Below are positions 18,007 to 26,346 of a DNA stretch of 34,701 nt, in pieces. The stretch is from a virus. Taxonomy: Duplodnaviria; Caudoviricetes. The notes beneath the pieces were generated by a model, which saw nothing but the letters and a program-made list of their open reading frames with translations, did not search any database and was not told the origin of the DNA. Both the position numbers and the translations under genes were made by a program. Positions within the stretch are counted from its first letter, which is position 1; each line of letters begins with the position of its first letter. The DNA is taken from positions 1 through 34,701 of IMG/VR virus record IMGVR_UViG_3300037423_001014, one strand, 5' to 3'.

Positions 18007-19221
18007 TTGCGCACCCTCGATACGAACACGACCAATGCGCTCGCTGGCTCCCGCCCCGGGGACACGATCACGGTCTGGTGCTGGTACGACGGCCGCCTCG
18101 CGTACCCGGATCCGCTGGCGGTGGGCTCGTGGAAGCTCTCCTACGACACGACCAGGCAGATCCAGACCTTGGACATCGAGGTCGAGGATCCGGACGGCAC
18201 GAAGGCCCCATGGCTGTTCGAAGACCCGCTCGGTGTGGGCGGGTCGCAGCTGCAGGTCTTCTACAACGTGGGCGGGGCGAGCTCGATCCCGTACGACAAG
18301 TTCCGGATCTCCAAGCCGGTGCCCAAGGAGCGCTGGCGTTCGTACCTCGTGACGAACCAGGGCGTGAAGAACGTCGACTCGACGATCCCCAGCGGCCAGT
18401 CCCTCAAGTTCGCCTCGGGCGGGGCGAGCATCAAGGTCAAGGCCGAGACGCTGCCGCGCAACATCGCGATAAGCAAGTTCCTCGCCCCCGCCGGTCCGGC
18501 TGCCGGCTCGCCCACGGTCGTGAGCGAGGTCAAGCGGCTGCTCACGGACATCATGCCTGTCACGGTGGCCGCGGGCGTCGTCGACGCCTCGGTCCCGGCG
18601 AACCTCGTCTACCCGGATGACCGGCTCAACGCGGTGCAGGACCTCTGCAAGCGGATCGGCTGCGACTACCGCACGACGGGCACGGGCCAGCTGGAGATCT
18701 ACCCGATCGCCTACTCGTCCTCGGTCTGGACGCTCGCCCCGGGCCCCGAGGGCTTCCTGATCGACGTGGACCGCTCGATGGACCTCGAGGGCAAGTACAA
18801 CATCTTCGTCGCCGATGGGACGGCCTCGGGACAGACGCCAATACGGGGCATCGCCCAGATCACGGGCGGACCGCTGCGCGTCGGCGGACCCCACGGTACG
18901 TACCCGGTGTTCGTCAGCTCGCAGCTGATCACCACGCAGGCCCAGGCCGACGCGTACGCCGCGTCGATGCGGGACACGCAGCTGCGCGGTCTGACGGTGG
19001 CGCTCTCTGTGACGTGCCTGCCGCATCCGGGGCTCCAGCAGGGCGACTGGATCACCGTGCAGGTCCCGACGACGACGCCGGCTACGACGGTCAGCTTCCC
19101 GGCGAGGGTCCGCACGATCGACCTCAGCGGGAAGGACGCGACGGTGGACCCGATGACGCTCGGCGTCGACGCCAGCTACTCCGATGTCGCGTCGGCCTTC
19201 TCTGGGGTGCCTCGTGGGTAA
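18007..19221 (+). CDS. Minor tail protein (baseplate hub/Tal-like)
   Basis: GAGGGG RBS; DRLNAV..L, GPLRVGGPHG..P.F.SS.LITT..QA, PHPGLQ.GD motifs. Confidence 0.85.
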   Translation: MRTLDTNTTNALAGSRPGDTITVWCWYDGRLAYPDPLAVGSWKLSYDTTRQIQTLDIEVEDPDGTKAPWLFEDPLGVGGSQLQVFYNVGGASSIPYDKFRISKPVPKERWRSYLVTNQGVKNVDSTIPSGQSLKFASGGASIKVKAETLPRNIAISKFLAPAGPAAGSPTVVSEVKRLLTDIMPVTVAAGVVDASVPANLVYPDDRLNAVQDLCKRIGCDYRTTGTGQLEIYPIAYSSSVWTLAPGPEGFLIDVDRSMDLEGKYNIFVADGTASGQTPIRGIAQITGGPLRVGGPHGTYPVFVSSQLITTQAQADAYAASMRDTQLRGLTVALSVTCLPHPGLQQGDWITVQVPTTTPATTVSFPARVRTIDLSGKDATVDPMTLGVDASYSDVASAFSGVPRG

Positions 19222-20170
19222 CCTCGACACGCTCCAGGCCCTCGCCTCGGGCGGCGACCAGACCCGCTTCCTGCGCGGGACGGTGGTCAAGCAGCAGGGC
19301 GCCACGTCGTACTCGGTGAGCGTGAACGGCAGCGTCATCCCGGTGAGCGCGGCGGAGTCCGTGGCGGTCGTGGCGGGCGATAACGTCCTTGTGGCGTGGC
19401 TGATGGACCAGAAGGAGGCCATCGTCGTCTGTCGGCTCTCGGACACGCTCCACCCGGCAACGGGCACGGTCGCGACGGTCCCGGTGGGCTCCCAGACGAT
19501 CACGGTCACGGGCGCGGACGGCACCACCTACACCGCCTACGCGATGTCCGGCTATAGCCCGACCGTGGGCGACAACGTCGAGATGCTCTTCCTCGGCGGC
19601 GCCGTCTACGTTTCCAAGACGAATCCGACGCCCGCCGCGCCGACAGTCGTTACGACCGTAGCGCCGCCCTCGACCGGCCCGAGCACGGGGACGTCGCCCT
19701 TCGCTGCGTCGGACTCCAGCACGTGGTGGGGGCCGGGCGGCTGGGGCTCGTGGGACACCTACTCGCAGCCCTCGGGCGTCTTCCAGGGCGACTACGGGAG
19801 CGGGCCGCTGACCGGAGCGTGGTTCTACGCCGGCGCACCGGGCCAGATCCAAGGCCGGACCATCCTCGGCGGCCGGGTCGTCGTCGGCCCGCGGCTGCAG
19901 GTCGGCTCCTACAACAACGCACTGTCCGTGAACCTCTACACCCATTCGAGCCCGAACCGTCCGGGCGGGAACGTCTCGCTCGTCAACGGTCCGACCGTCG
20001 TCACGGCCCAGCCGTGGCAGGGCCTCACGACGTACACCCTCACCGCCGCCCAAGCGACGGACCTCGTAAACGGCGGAGGGATCGCCATCACCGGCGGTTC
20101 CTACCTCGGATTCGCCGGGATCGCCGTCAACGCCCAATCGGGCACCGTCTACATCGATTGGAGCCGCTGA
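19214..20170 (+). CDS. Minor tail protein
   Basis: Overlaps previous gene; YSPTVGDNV, QGDYG...GAWFY motifs. Confidence 0.8.
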   Translation: MGNLDTLQALASGGDQTRFLRGTVVKQQGATSYSVSVNGSVIPVSAAESVAVVAGDNVLVAWLMDQKEAIVVCRLSDTLHPATGTVATVPVGSQTITVTGADGTTYTAYAMSGYSPTVGDNVEMLFLGGAVYVSKTNPTPAAPTVVTTVAPPSTGPSTGTSPFAASDSSTWWGPGGWGSWDTYSQPSGVFQGDYGSGPLTGAWFYAGAPGQIQGRTILGGRVVVGPRLQVGSYNNALSVNLYTHSSPNRPGGNVSLVNGPTVVTAQPWQGLTTYTLTAAQATDLVNGGGIAITGGSYLGFAGIAVNAQSGTVYIDWSR

Positions 20171-20751
20171 TGCCGCAGATCCGCGCGAACAAGATCCAGA
20201 CCCCCATCAACGGCGACTCGTTCCCGAACTTCGTCAACGACCTCGCCGCGCTCGCCGACAGCGCGAACGTCGTCATCCCGGTCGCGTCGCAGGCCGAGCG
20301 CGACGCCCTGACGAAGAAGAACGGCCTGCTCGTGTGCCGCACGGATCTTCCGGGGTGCCCGATCGAACGCTGCGACGGGACCACATGGTGGGGGGACAGC
20401 TCCCAGACGGTGACCCTCAACACCGCCAATTTCAGTGCACCGCCGGGCGGCTATGGACCGCTGACCCTGCAGGTCTCCGGCGGCGGCCGAATCATCACGG
20501 TCACGGGGAACGTCACGTGGACAAACGGATCGAACGGAAACAACGTCGCCACGATCCCCTCGGGCTACTACCCGGTGACCGAGGTGGCCTTCTCGTCCAC
20601 CTCCCAGGCCAACTCGACGGGCAACATCGGCACGAGCTACCGCGGGCAGGTGACCACGGCAGGCGCCCTGAACCTCAACTGGATGGGCGGCGGCATCGCA
20701 CGGAGCACGGACTTCGTCATCCCCATCCTCGCCACGTGGAGGATCGCGTGA
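20170..20751 (+). CDS. Minor tail / short fibre protein
   Basis: TGATG coupling; VASQAERDAL motif, beta-rich C-terminus. Confidence 0.75.
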   Translation: MPQIRANKIQTPINGDSFPNFVNDLAALADSANVVIPVASQAERDALTKKNGLLVCRTDLPGCPIERCDGTTWWGDSSQTVTLNTANFSAPPGGYGPLTLQVSGGGRIITVTGNVTWTNGSNGNNVATIPSGYYPVTEVAFSSTSQANSTGNIGTSYRGQVTTAGALNLNWMGGGIARSTDFVIPILATWRIA

Positions 20752-21074
20752 GCGTGGACTGGCAGACGATCAGCGCCATCGTCGGCGTCATCGCAGGCCT
20801 CGGCACCATCGGCGTCTTCGTCAAGAAGGGGATCCCCTTCATCCGCAAGGTGAGCCACTTCATCGACGACATGCTCGGCGAGGAAGCCCGCCCCGGGGTC
20901 CCGGCCCAGCCCGGCGTCATCGCCCGGCTCTCCACGATCGAGCACGAGCTGCACCCGAACGGCGGCGGCTCGCTCCGGGACCAGACGAACCGGATCGAGA
21001 AGAAGGTCGACGACCACCTCGCCCAGTGCCCGACACCAGTGACCACAACCATCAACGTGAACGGGGGACAGTGA
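20748..21074 (+). CDS. Single-TM membrane protein of lysis region
   Basis: GGAGG RBS, N-terminal TM, HELHPNGGGSLRD motif common before actinophage lysins. Confidence 0.8.
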   Translation: MSVDWQTISAIVGVIAGLGTIGVFVKKGIPFIRKVSHFIDDMLGEEARPGVPAQPGVIARLSTIEHELHPNGGGSLRDQTNRIEKKVDDHLAQCPTPVTTTINVNGGQ

Positions 21075-21967
21075 TGGGCTACATCTGGCCTGTTGATCCG
21101 AGCGTCTACGAGGTGACGCAGGAGTTCGGGGCGAACCCGAACGCAACCCTGCCTGACGGCACTGTCGTCAACCCGCCCGGCGGGCACACCGGGCGGGACT
21201 TCGCCACCCCGATCGGCACACCGGTCCTCGCCGTGGGCGACGGAGTGATCGATTTCGCGGGACAGGCCGACTGGACTCCGAACGACAACCCGCTGTGGAT
21301 GATGGGCTCGATCTGCATCATCCTCAACTGCGGCGACTCCGAGCCGGACTTCACCTACGGCCACCTCTCCAGCGTCTCCGTCGCCCAGGGCGAGCGCGTC
21401 AGCCAAGGACAAGTCATCGGCTACTCCGGCAACACCGGGGCTTCCACCGGCCCGCACCTCCACTTCGAGGCCCTTCCGCCCGGCTATGTCCTCGACCAGT
21501 GGACTTACGGCCGTGTCGACCCGCGCAACTACTGCTCCGGCGTCTGGAGCGGCGTGGCCCTCGCAGCATCAGGCATCACCCCCATCGCACCTCAGGAGGA
21601 AGACATCATGGCAACCATCGACGACCTCAAGAACGTCCTGATGGACGAGGGAATCCAAGAGGCGATCGCCGCCAAGGTCTGGCAGGGCAAGGGCTCATGG
21701 GTCCAGAACCGCCGCCTCGGCCACCCGGAGTACGCCGAGACGATCCTCGGCTCGCTGGAGGACCGCATCCAGAAAGAGATCCTCGCGCCCCAGGTCGCGG
21801 CCCTCAGCGCCAAGATCGACGCCCTCACCGCGGTCGCGGCCAAGGGCGCGAACGTCGACCCCGAGGCGCTCAAGCAGACCGTCGAGGATGCCGTGAAGGC
21901 CTCGTTCGGCAGCTACACCGTCAGCATCTCCAAAGACCCCGCGGCCCCGGCTGCCCCGGCCTCCTGA
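21074..21967 (+). CDS. Endolysin, M23 peptidase
   Basis: HTGRD (HxxxD), YGHLS, GNTGASTGPHLHFE (HxH) motifs; helical C-terminal domain. Confidence 0.93.
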   Translation: MGYIWPVDPSVYEVTQEFGANPNATLPDGTVVNPPGGHTGRDFATPIGTPVLAVGDGVIDFAGQADWTPNDNPLWMMGSICIILNCGDSEPDFTYGHLSSVSVAQGERVSQGQVIGYSGNTGASTGPHLHFEALPPGYVLDQWTYGRVDPRNYCSGVWSGVALAASGITPIAPQEEDIMATIDDLKNVLMDEGIQEAIAAKVWQGKGSWVQNRRLGHPEYAETILGSLEDRIQKEILAPQVAALSAKIDALTAVAAKGANVDPEALKQTVEDAVKASFGSYTVSISKDPAAPAAPAS

Positions 21968-22479
21968 TGGACCTCGCGCAGTTCGTAACCGCCCCGGCGC
22001 GGGTCCTCTACTCGCCCATCGACGACGTCCACGGCGCGCTCGCGGACCTGCTCAAGTCGGCCCGGCATTCGGTGGTCGTCGCCGTGTACGGGTTCGACGA
22101 CGACGAGCTGGCCGAGATCCTGCGCGAGCACCTCGTGAACCCGCGCATGCATGTCCAGATCACCCTCGACCGGTCGCAGGCCGGCGGCGTGCACGAGAAG
22201 GCGCTGCTGGCGAAGTTCCGCAACGAGGACATGGGCAACTCGATCGCGATCGGCACCAGCGAGAAGGGCGCCATCATGCACCGCAAGATGGCCATCGTCG
22301 ACGGCGAGTGGCTCGTCACCGGCTCGACCAACTGGTCAACGTCGGGCGAGACGCTGCAGGACAACGAGCTCACGGTCCACCACGGCCCTCAGCTGTGTAC
22401 CCGGGCCCGCACCGTGCTGGACATCGAGCACGACCACGCCCTCCAGCAGATGAAGGCGAGGGCGGATGCTGCCGGGTGA
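21967..22479 (+). CDS. Phospholipase D superfamily protein, single HKD domain (Nuc/Zucchini-like)
   Basis: HRKMAIVD (HxKxxxxD), GSTNWS, DNE motifs; TGATG coupling to endolysin. Confidence 0.9.
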   Translation: MDLAQFVTAPARVLYSPIDDVHGALADLLKSARHSVVVAVYGFDDDELAEILREHLVNPRMHVQITLDRSQAGGVHEKALLAKFRNEDMGNSIAIGTSEKGAIMHRKMAIVDGEWLVTGSTNWSTSGETLQDNELTVHHGPQLCTRARTVLDIEHDHALQQMKARADAAG

Positions 22480-22966
22480 CATCGCCCTCTGCCACCCAGA
22501 CGGGTGGGTTGGCCATGACATCTGCTTCGCCACGCGCTCGCGGTACTGCCACGTCCGCCTTATCACCGACGCGGACGGCTCCACGGTCGAGGCGAACCCG
22601 CCGGGAGCGTTCCGCGGGAGGGTCCAACGGGGCGATGTGGTCGTCTCCGTGCCCCTGACCGACGCGCAGCGGGCCAAGGTGCCCGCGCTCGCGGGCGACC
22701 TCGTCGGCACCCCTTACGGGTGGCTCGACGTCGCCGCGCTCGGCCTCGCCCAGTTCGGGCTCCAGCTGCCAGTCCTCGAGCGCCGCCTGGCGCGGCCGGA
22801 CCGGCTGTTCTGCTCGCAGCTGGTCGACGTCGTCTGGCAGTCCGTCGAGTTCCATGCGTTCGACGACGGCCGCCTACCCCAGAACGTGACGCCCGGCGAT
22901 CTCGCCGAGCTCTCGTTCGCCTCGGGCTGGAAGGCCCAACTCATCAAAGAAGGGACTCAGCAGTGA
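22466..22966 (+). CDS. Permuted papain-like NlpC/P60 protein (YiiX/YaeF-like)
   Basis: PGDI...SRYCHV...VEA...GTPY...FCSQLV...TPGDL: His before Cys, the permuted order. Confidence 0.85.
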   Translation: MLPGDIALCHPDGWVGHDICFATRSRYCHVRLITDADGSTVEANPPGAFRGRVQRGDVVVSVPLTDAQRAKVPALAGDLVGTPYGWLDVAALGLAQFGLQLPVLERRLARPDRLFCSQLVDVVWQSVEFHAFDDGRLPQNVTPGDLAELSFASGWKAQLIKEGTQQ

Positions 22967-23379
22967 ACAGCTTCATCTCGAAGATCACCTCGTTCGTCGG
23001 CCGCGTATCGCCCAAGGTCAAGGCGGGCCTGATCTGGGGCGCCCTCGCGACGCTCGGCATCGGGTGGCTCAACAGCGTCACGCCGGCCGATCTCGCGTGG
23101 GCTGGCCCGGCCGAGCCGCTCCTGTTCTCCGCGATCCCGATCCTCATCGGGCAGATCGCCGCGTGGATCAAGGAGGACCCGCTGCGCACCGAGGGCGCTG
23201 CGTCGCTCGCAGCGAAGGCCGCGAAGGCCGCCGATGATGCGGCGACGACGACGATAGCGGGGGTAACAGTCTCAACTCCTGTTGCATCCACGAGCGCCGT
23301 CTCCACCGGCCCCGGAACCGTTGTGCAGTCCGAGACTGTGACCCCCGCTATCGTCGCGGTGCAGCAACCTCCGGCATGA
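22963..23379 (+). CDS. Holin (two TM segments)
   Basis: GTGA overlap, VSPKVKAG start, two hydrophobic helices, AAWIKEDP. Confidence 0.75.
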   Translation: MNSFISKITSFVGRVSPKVKAGLIWGALATLGIGWLNSVTPADLAWAGPAEPLLFSAIPILIGQIAAWIKEDPLRTEGAASLAAKAAKAADDAATTTIAGVTVSTPVASTSAVSTGPGTVVQSETVTPAIVAVQQPPA

Positions 23380-24314
23380 CCCAGCACACGATCTTCGGAT
23401 CGTCGGCTCCCGCCGCCGTCCAGAACAGCGACACAGCGCAGCTGAACCTCGCGACTGCGTTCTACATCACGTCCGGGTCGACGTGGACGGCGACGGGAAT
23501 CCGGGTCTACATCGACCCCGCCTCGAACGCTCCGCTTACCGGGTACCACGGCTACCTGTCCTCGGGGAACAGTGCCGGTGCCCTGACGCTGCTGGGGAGC
23601 GTGGCGTTCTCGGTCACCAAGACGGGCTGGAACGAGATCGCGCTCCCGTCGCCGGTGTCGCTGGCCGTGGGCACCAAGTACTGGGTCACGGTCTACTTCC
23701 CGGGCGGCTGCTACTCGGCCACTGGCCACGCCTTCGATACAGCGAGGCAGGCGTGGGACGCCAGCTCCCTCTATGGGGCCGGCACGAGCGAAGTCCTCCC
23801 CGGCAACGGCGTGTTCAGCTACGCCGGGCCGGGCGACATGGGCGCCGCCTCGACCTATAACGCCAACTGGTACGGCGTCGACGTCACCACCGACGATGGG
23901 CTCGTGGGCGGCGCACCACCTCGCCACACGTCGATAAACGCGTCCATCGCCCCGCCGAGGTGGAAGGCCGCGATCCGGTCGCCACGGTGGGCCTCTACGA
24001 TCCTCCAGCCCAGATGGAAGGCGGCAATCATGGGACCGACGACACTGCCCGCGGCGACGGGCCCCGAGTACCTGCCCCTGACTGTGACCAGGAGCGGTCC
24101 GGGCTCGGCCGCGTCGATCTCGGCGGGCTGCTCCTACTCGATCGTCGCGGGAGTCGCCACGACGCCGGGAACATGGACAGCCTGCACCGTGATCGACGGC
24201 AACCCCTGCGCCACGATAAGCGGGCTCACGCCGGGTACCTACACCGTGTTCGTGCAGATACTGGCAGGCCCCGAGACAATCGTGAGGAACCTCGGCCAGA
24301 TCACCCTCACATAG
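23376..24314 (+). CDS. DUF4082-like beta-sandwich protein with C-terminal Ig-like domain (possible fibre/decoration)
   Basis: TGWNEIALPSPVSL..GT.YWV..Y.P.G.Y, NGVF.Y, NWYGVDV motifs; LTPGTY.VFVQ. Confidence 0.7.
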   Translation: MTQHTIFGSSAPAAVQNSDTAQLNLATAFYITSGSTWTATGIRVYIDPASNAPLTGYHGYLSSGNSAGALTLLGSVAFSVTKTGWNEIALPSPVSLAVGTKYWVTVYFPGGCYSATGHAFDTARQAWDASSLYGAGTSEVLPGNGVFSYAGPGDMGAASTYNANWYGVDVTTDDGLVGGAPPRHTSINASIAPPRWKAAIRSPRWASTILQPRWKAAIMGPTTLPAATGPEYLPLTVTRSGPGSAASISAGCSYSIVAGVATTPGTWTACTVIDGNPCATISGLTPGTYTVFVQILAGPETIVRNLGQITLT

Positions 24315-24350
24315 AGAACGCCCCCACCCGGAAGGGTGGGGGCGTTTTCT
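24315..24350. terminator. Intrinsic terminator between convergent late operon and lipoprotein gene
   Basis: AACGCCCCCACCC-GGAA-GGGTGGGGGCGTT then TTCT. Confidence 0.9.
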
Positions 24351-24359
24351 GCGTCTGGA

Positions 24360-24797
24360 CTACTTGACGTTGGGGCAGAGCAGTATCCCGGCGCTCGCCA
24401 TCACGGCGAGAGTGTCGTCGTTGCTGTACCCGGCGGCAAGCATGCCCTGGCGGATCTTCTCGGTGTTCGCGCTCGTCATCCCGTCGCACATCTGGTGCCC
24501 GTAGCCGAGGAGCTCCTCGTCGGTGCCCTTCTTCACCGTCGCCCGCACCGCGGAGAGGTACTTGGGATCGCGCTCCGGATCCTTGACCGAGGCAACGGCG
24601 GACTTCGCGCCCTCAGCGATGGCGGTCGCCATCGCCGTCGCCAGCGCGTTCGGCGTGGCGGATGGTGAGGGCGTGGCGCTCGCGCTCGCGGACGGCGCCG
24701 CGCTGCCGGAGGCCGTCGTCGACGACTGCGCCGCCGCGCATCCTGCGAGGGCAATGATCGATGCTGCAGCGAGTGCGGCAAGTGCCTTGGTGGTCAT
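24360..24797 (-). CDS. Lipoprotein (DUF732-like C-terminus), candidate lysogenic-conversion protein
   Basis: GAGGA RBS; signal peptide with lipobox LAGC; S/A/T/P linker; YL.AVR...LL..GH.MC...LCP. Confidence 0.85.
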   Translation of the reverse strand: MTTKALAALAAASIIALAGCAAAQSSTTASGSAAPSASASATPSPSATPNALATAMATAIAEGAKSAVASVKDPERDPKYLSAVRATVKKGTDEELLGYGHQMCDGMTSANTEKIRQGMLAAGYSNDDTLAVMASAGILLCPNVK

Positions 24798-24834
24798 GAT
24801 TTCCTCTACTCGGTGGATGAACAACAAGGGCAGC

Positions 24835-24864
24835 ATAGTGCGGCCGCAGGGTTGTACATGTCAA
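24835..24864 (-). promoter_or_regulatory. Candidate sigmaA promoter for lipoprotein gene
   Basis: Minus strand TTGACA-18 nt-CACTAT. Confidence 0.55.
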
Positions 24865-26027
24865 GCGGCGGGCAAGCCAGCGAGGGCCTTCTCGGCGATC
24901 GCTGCGTCCCGGAACACAGCGTCTGGCAGGAGATGACTGTAGCGGTCCATCGTCGTCTTGATCGACTCGTGGCCGAGACGCCTCGAGAGGGCGTAGATGT
25001 CCATCCCGGCCGCGATCATCCACGAGGCGTGGGTGTGCCGCATGTCGTGCTGGCGGGGCCGCTCGCCCTCGGGCCAGATCCCCACGGCATCCATCGCCGG
25101 CTTCCACGCGCGGTGGTATGAGTCGGACGGGTGGATTGGGAGCCCGCGCTCTGTGGTGAAGACGAGCTTCCCCTTCGCTGCGGCCTCCACGCGCGGGCGC
25201 ACGGCCTTGACCGTCGAGGGCGCGAGGGAGACGACGCGCCGGGACTTCGGGGTCTTCGGGGGCCCGATGTACCACGTGTTGTCTGTGTGCTGCTTCCATG
25301 CCTTCGTCACCCGCACTGTGGGCGTGGTGGCGTCCAGGGCGAAGTCGGTGGGCTCCAGCGCGGCCGCCTCGGAGAGGCGCAGCCCCGAGCCGATGAGCAG
25401 CTGGAAGAAGGGAAGGTAGAGCGGGTCGAATGCCAACAGGAGCCTCCCCCACGCATCGTGGGCGATGAACTGCATGTCTTCCTCGGTGTGGGTCGACTTT
25501 GGCAGCTTGATCCCCTTACAGGGATTCGATTTGATGTGCTCCGGATGGTTCAGCACGGCGGTAGCCAGGGCGGCCGACAGTAGGCCGTGATGGTTCGCGA
25601 TCGTCTTGGCCGCCATCGTCGAGCCCGGCTTGCGGCCCGGCTTCAGCTTCATGGCGTTCACCCACGAGGCTATGTCGCTCCGGGTGAGCTCGCCGACCGG
25701 CCGGAGCGATAGGTCGGCGAAGTGCTCCTCGATCGAGGAGCGGTAGCGGCCCATCTGGTACGGGCCGACGTCGGTCAGCTGCGCCAGGTGCTCCTCGAAG
25801 ACGTCCGCCAGCGTCGGGCCCTTGTCCTCCTCGGCCGAGGCCTCTGCGAGGGCGTTCTCAACGATGGTGAGGGATTGGCCGTTGGCATCGAGGAGGGCGC
25901 GCATTGCCTGGGCGTCCTTCGCTGACTCGAAGGGCATCGAGTGCTGTGTGCCGTCCGAGGGGTCGCGCCAGAGCACCGCGTAGGTGGTCCCGCCGTCCTT
26001 GCGTCGCCGCTCTCTGATGCTTGCCAT
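24861..26027 (-). CDS. int: Tyrosine integrase
   Basis: GLRLSE (R), PKT (K), HDMRHTHAS (HxxR), LGH, TTMDRYSHL (Y); start MASIRER. Confidence 0.97.
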   Translation of the reverse strand: MASIRERRRKDGGTTYAVLWRDPSDGTQHSMPFESAKDAQAMRALLDANGQSLTIVENALAEASAEEDKGPTLADVFEEHLAQLTDVGPYQMGRYRSSIEEHFADLSLRPVGELTRSDIASWVNAMKLKPGRKPGSTMAAKTIANHHGLLSAALATAVLNHPEHIKSNPCKGIKLPKSTHTEEDMQFIAHDAWGRLLLAFDPLYLPFFQLLIGSGLRLSEAAALEPTDFALDATTPTVRVTKAWKQHTDNTWYIGPPKTPKSRRVVSLAPSTVKAVRPRVEAAAKGKLVFTTERGLPIHPSDSYHRAWKPAMDAVGIWPEGERPRQHDMRHTHASWMIAAGMDIYALSRRLGHESIKTTMDRYSHLLPDAVFRDAAIAEKALAGLPAA

Positions 26028-26034
26028 GTGGCAA
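26021..26034. promoter_or_regulatory. Operator-like palindrome over integrase start codon
   Basis: TTGCC-ATGT-GGCAA. Confidence 0.7.
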
Positions 26035-26083
26035 TGTTCGCATCTCTGCGTCAACGCATTCAAGCGCCGTGTCAACGGGAACG

Positions 26084-26109
26084 AAAAGAGGCCCGGGATT
26101 CCGGGCCTC
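26084..26109 (-). terminator. Intrinsic terminator just downstream of the attP tRNA fragment
   Basis: Minus strand GAGGCCCGG-AATC-CCGGGCCTC-TTTT. Confidence 0.85.
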
Positions 26110-26113
26110 AATC

Positions 26114-26140
26114 GGCGGAGACGGGGGGATTTGAACCCCC
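26114..26140 (-). other. attP core = 3' end of a tRNA (T-arm plus acceptor strand), most likely tRNA-Ser
   Basis: Minus strand GGGGG-TTCAAAT-CCCCC-CGTCTCC-G-CC; G discriminator and GGAGACG-type acceptor stem fit Ser; adjacent to int. Confidence 0.85.
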
Positions 26141-26307
26141 TGCGATACTCCTACGCTTCCGGGGTATTTGGCGGAATCTCGCGGGAAGCGTCCTATCGGC
26201 CCAGGTGCGCTCAGGCCCGTTTCCGTGCGTCTCGTTGACGGCGTCAACAGCCGCGCTCGGATAGCCAGGCTCAGGCGCGGGCCTTGAAGTAGACAGACAG
26301 GTACGTC

Positions 26308-26323
26308 CGGGACTTAAGTCCCG
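26308..26323. promoter_or_regulatory. Perfect 16-bp palindrome matching DosR/DevR box core
   Basis: CGGGACTTAAGTCCCG vs M. tuberculosis consensus TTSGGGACTWWAGTCCCSAA. Confidence 0.55.
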
Positions 26324-26346
26324 TCTTGCAAGGAATACCGCAGGAT

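Larger units (their letters stand above)
26050..26248. repeat. Candidate integrase arm-type sites (GTCAAC) flanking attP core
   Basis: GTCAAC at 26050 and 26071; GTTGAC/GTCAAC at 26234/26243. Confidence 0.55.

Noticed and set aside
15616-24314. Diversity-generating retroelement or invertible tail cassette
   Set aside because: No reverse transcriptase, no invertase and no near-identical template/variable repeat pair seen
26108-26200. Complete tRNA gene
   Set aside because: Only the T-arm and 3' acceptor strand are present; no D-arm, anticodon arm or 5' acceptor strand
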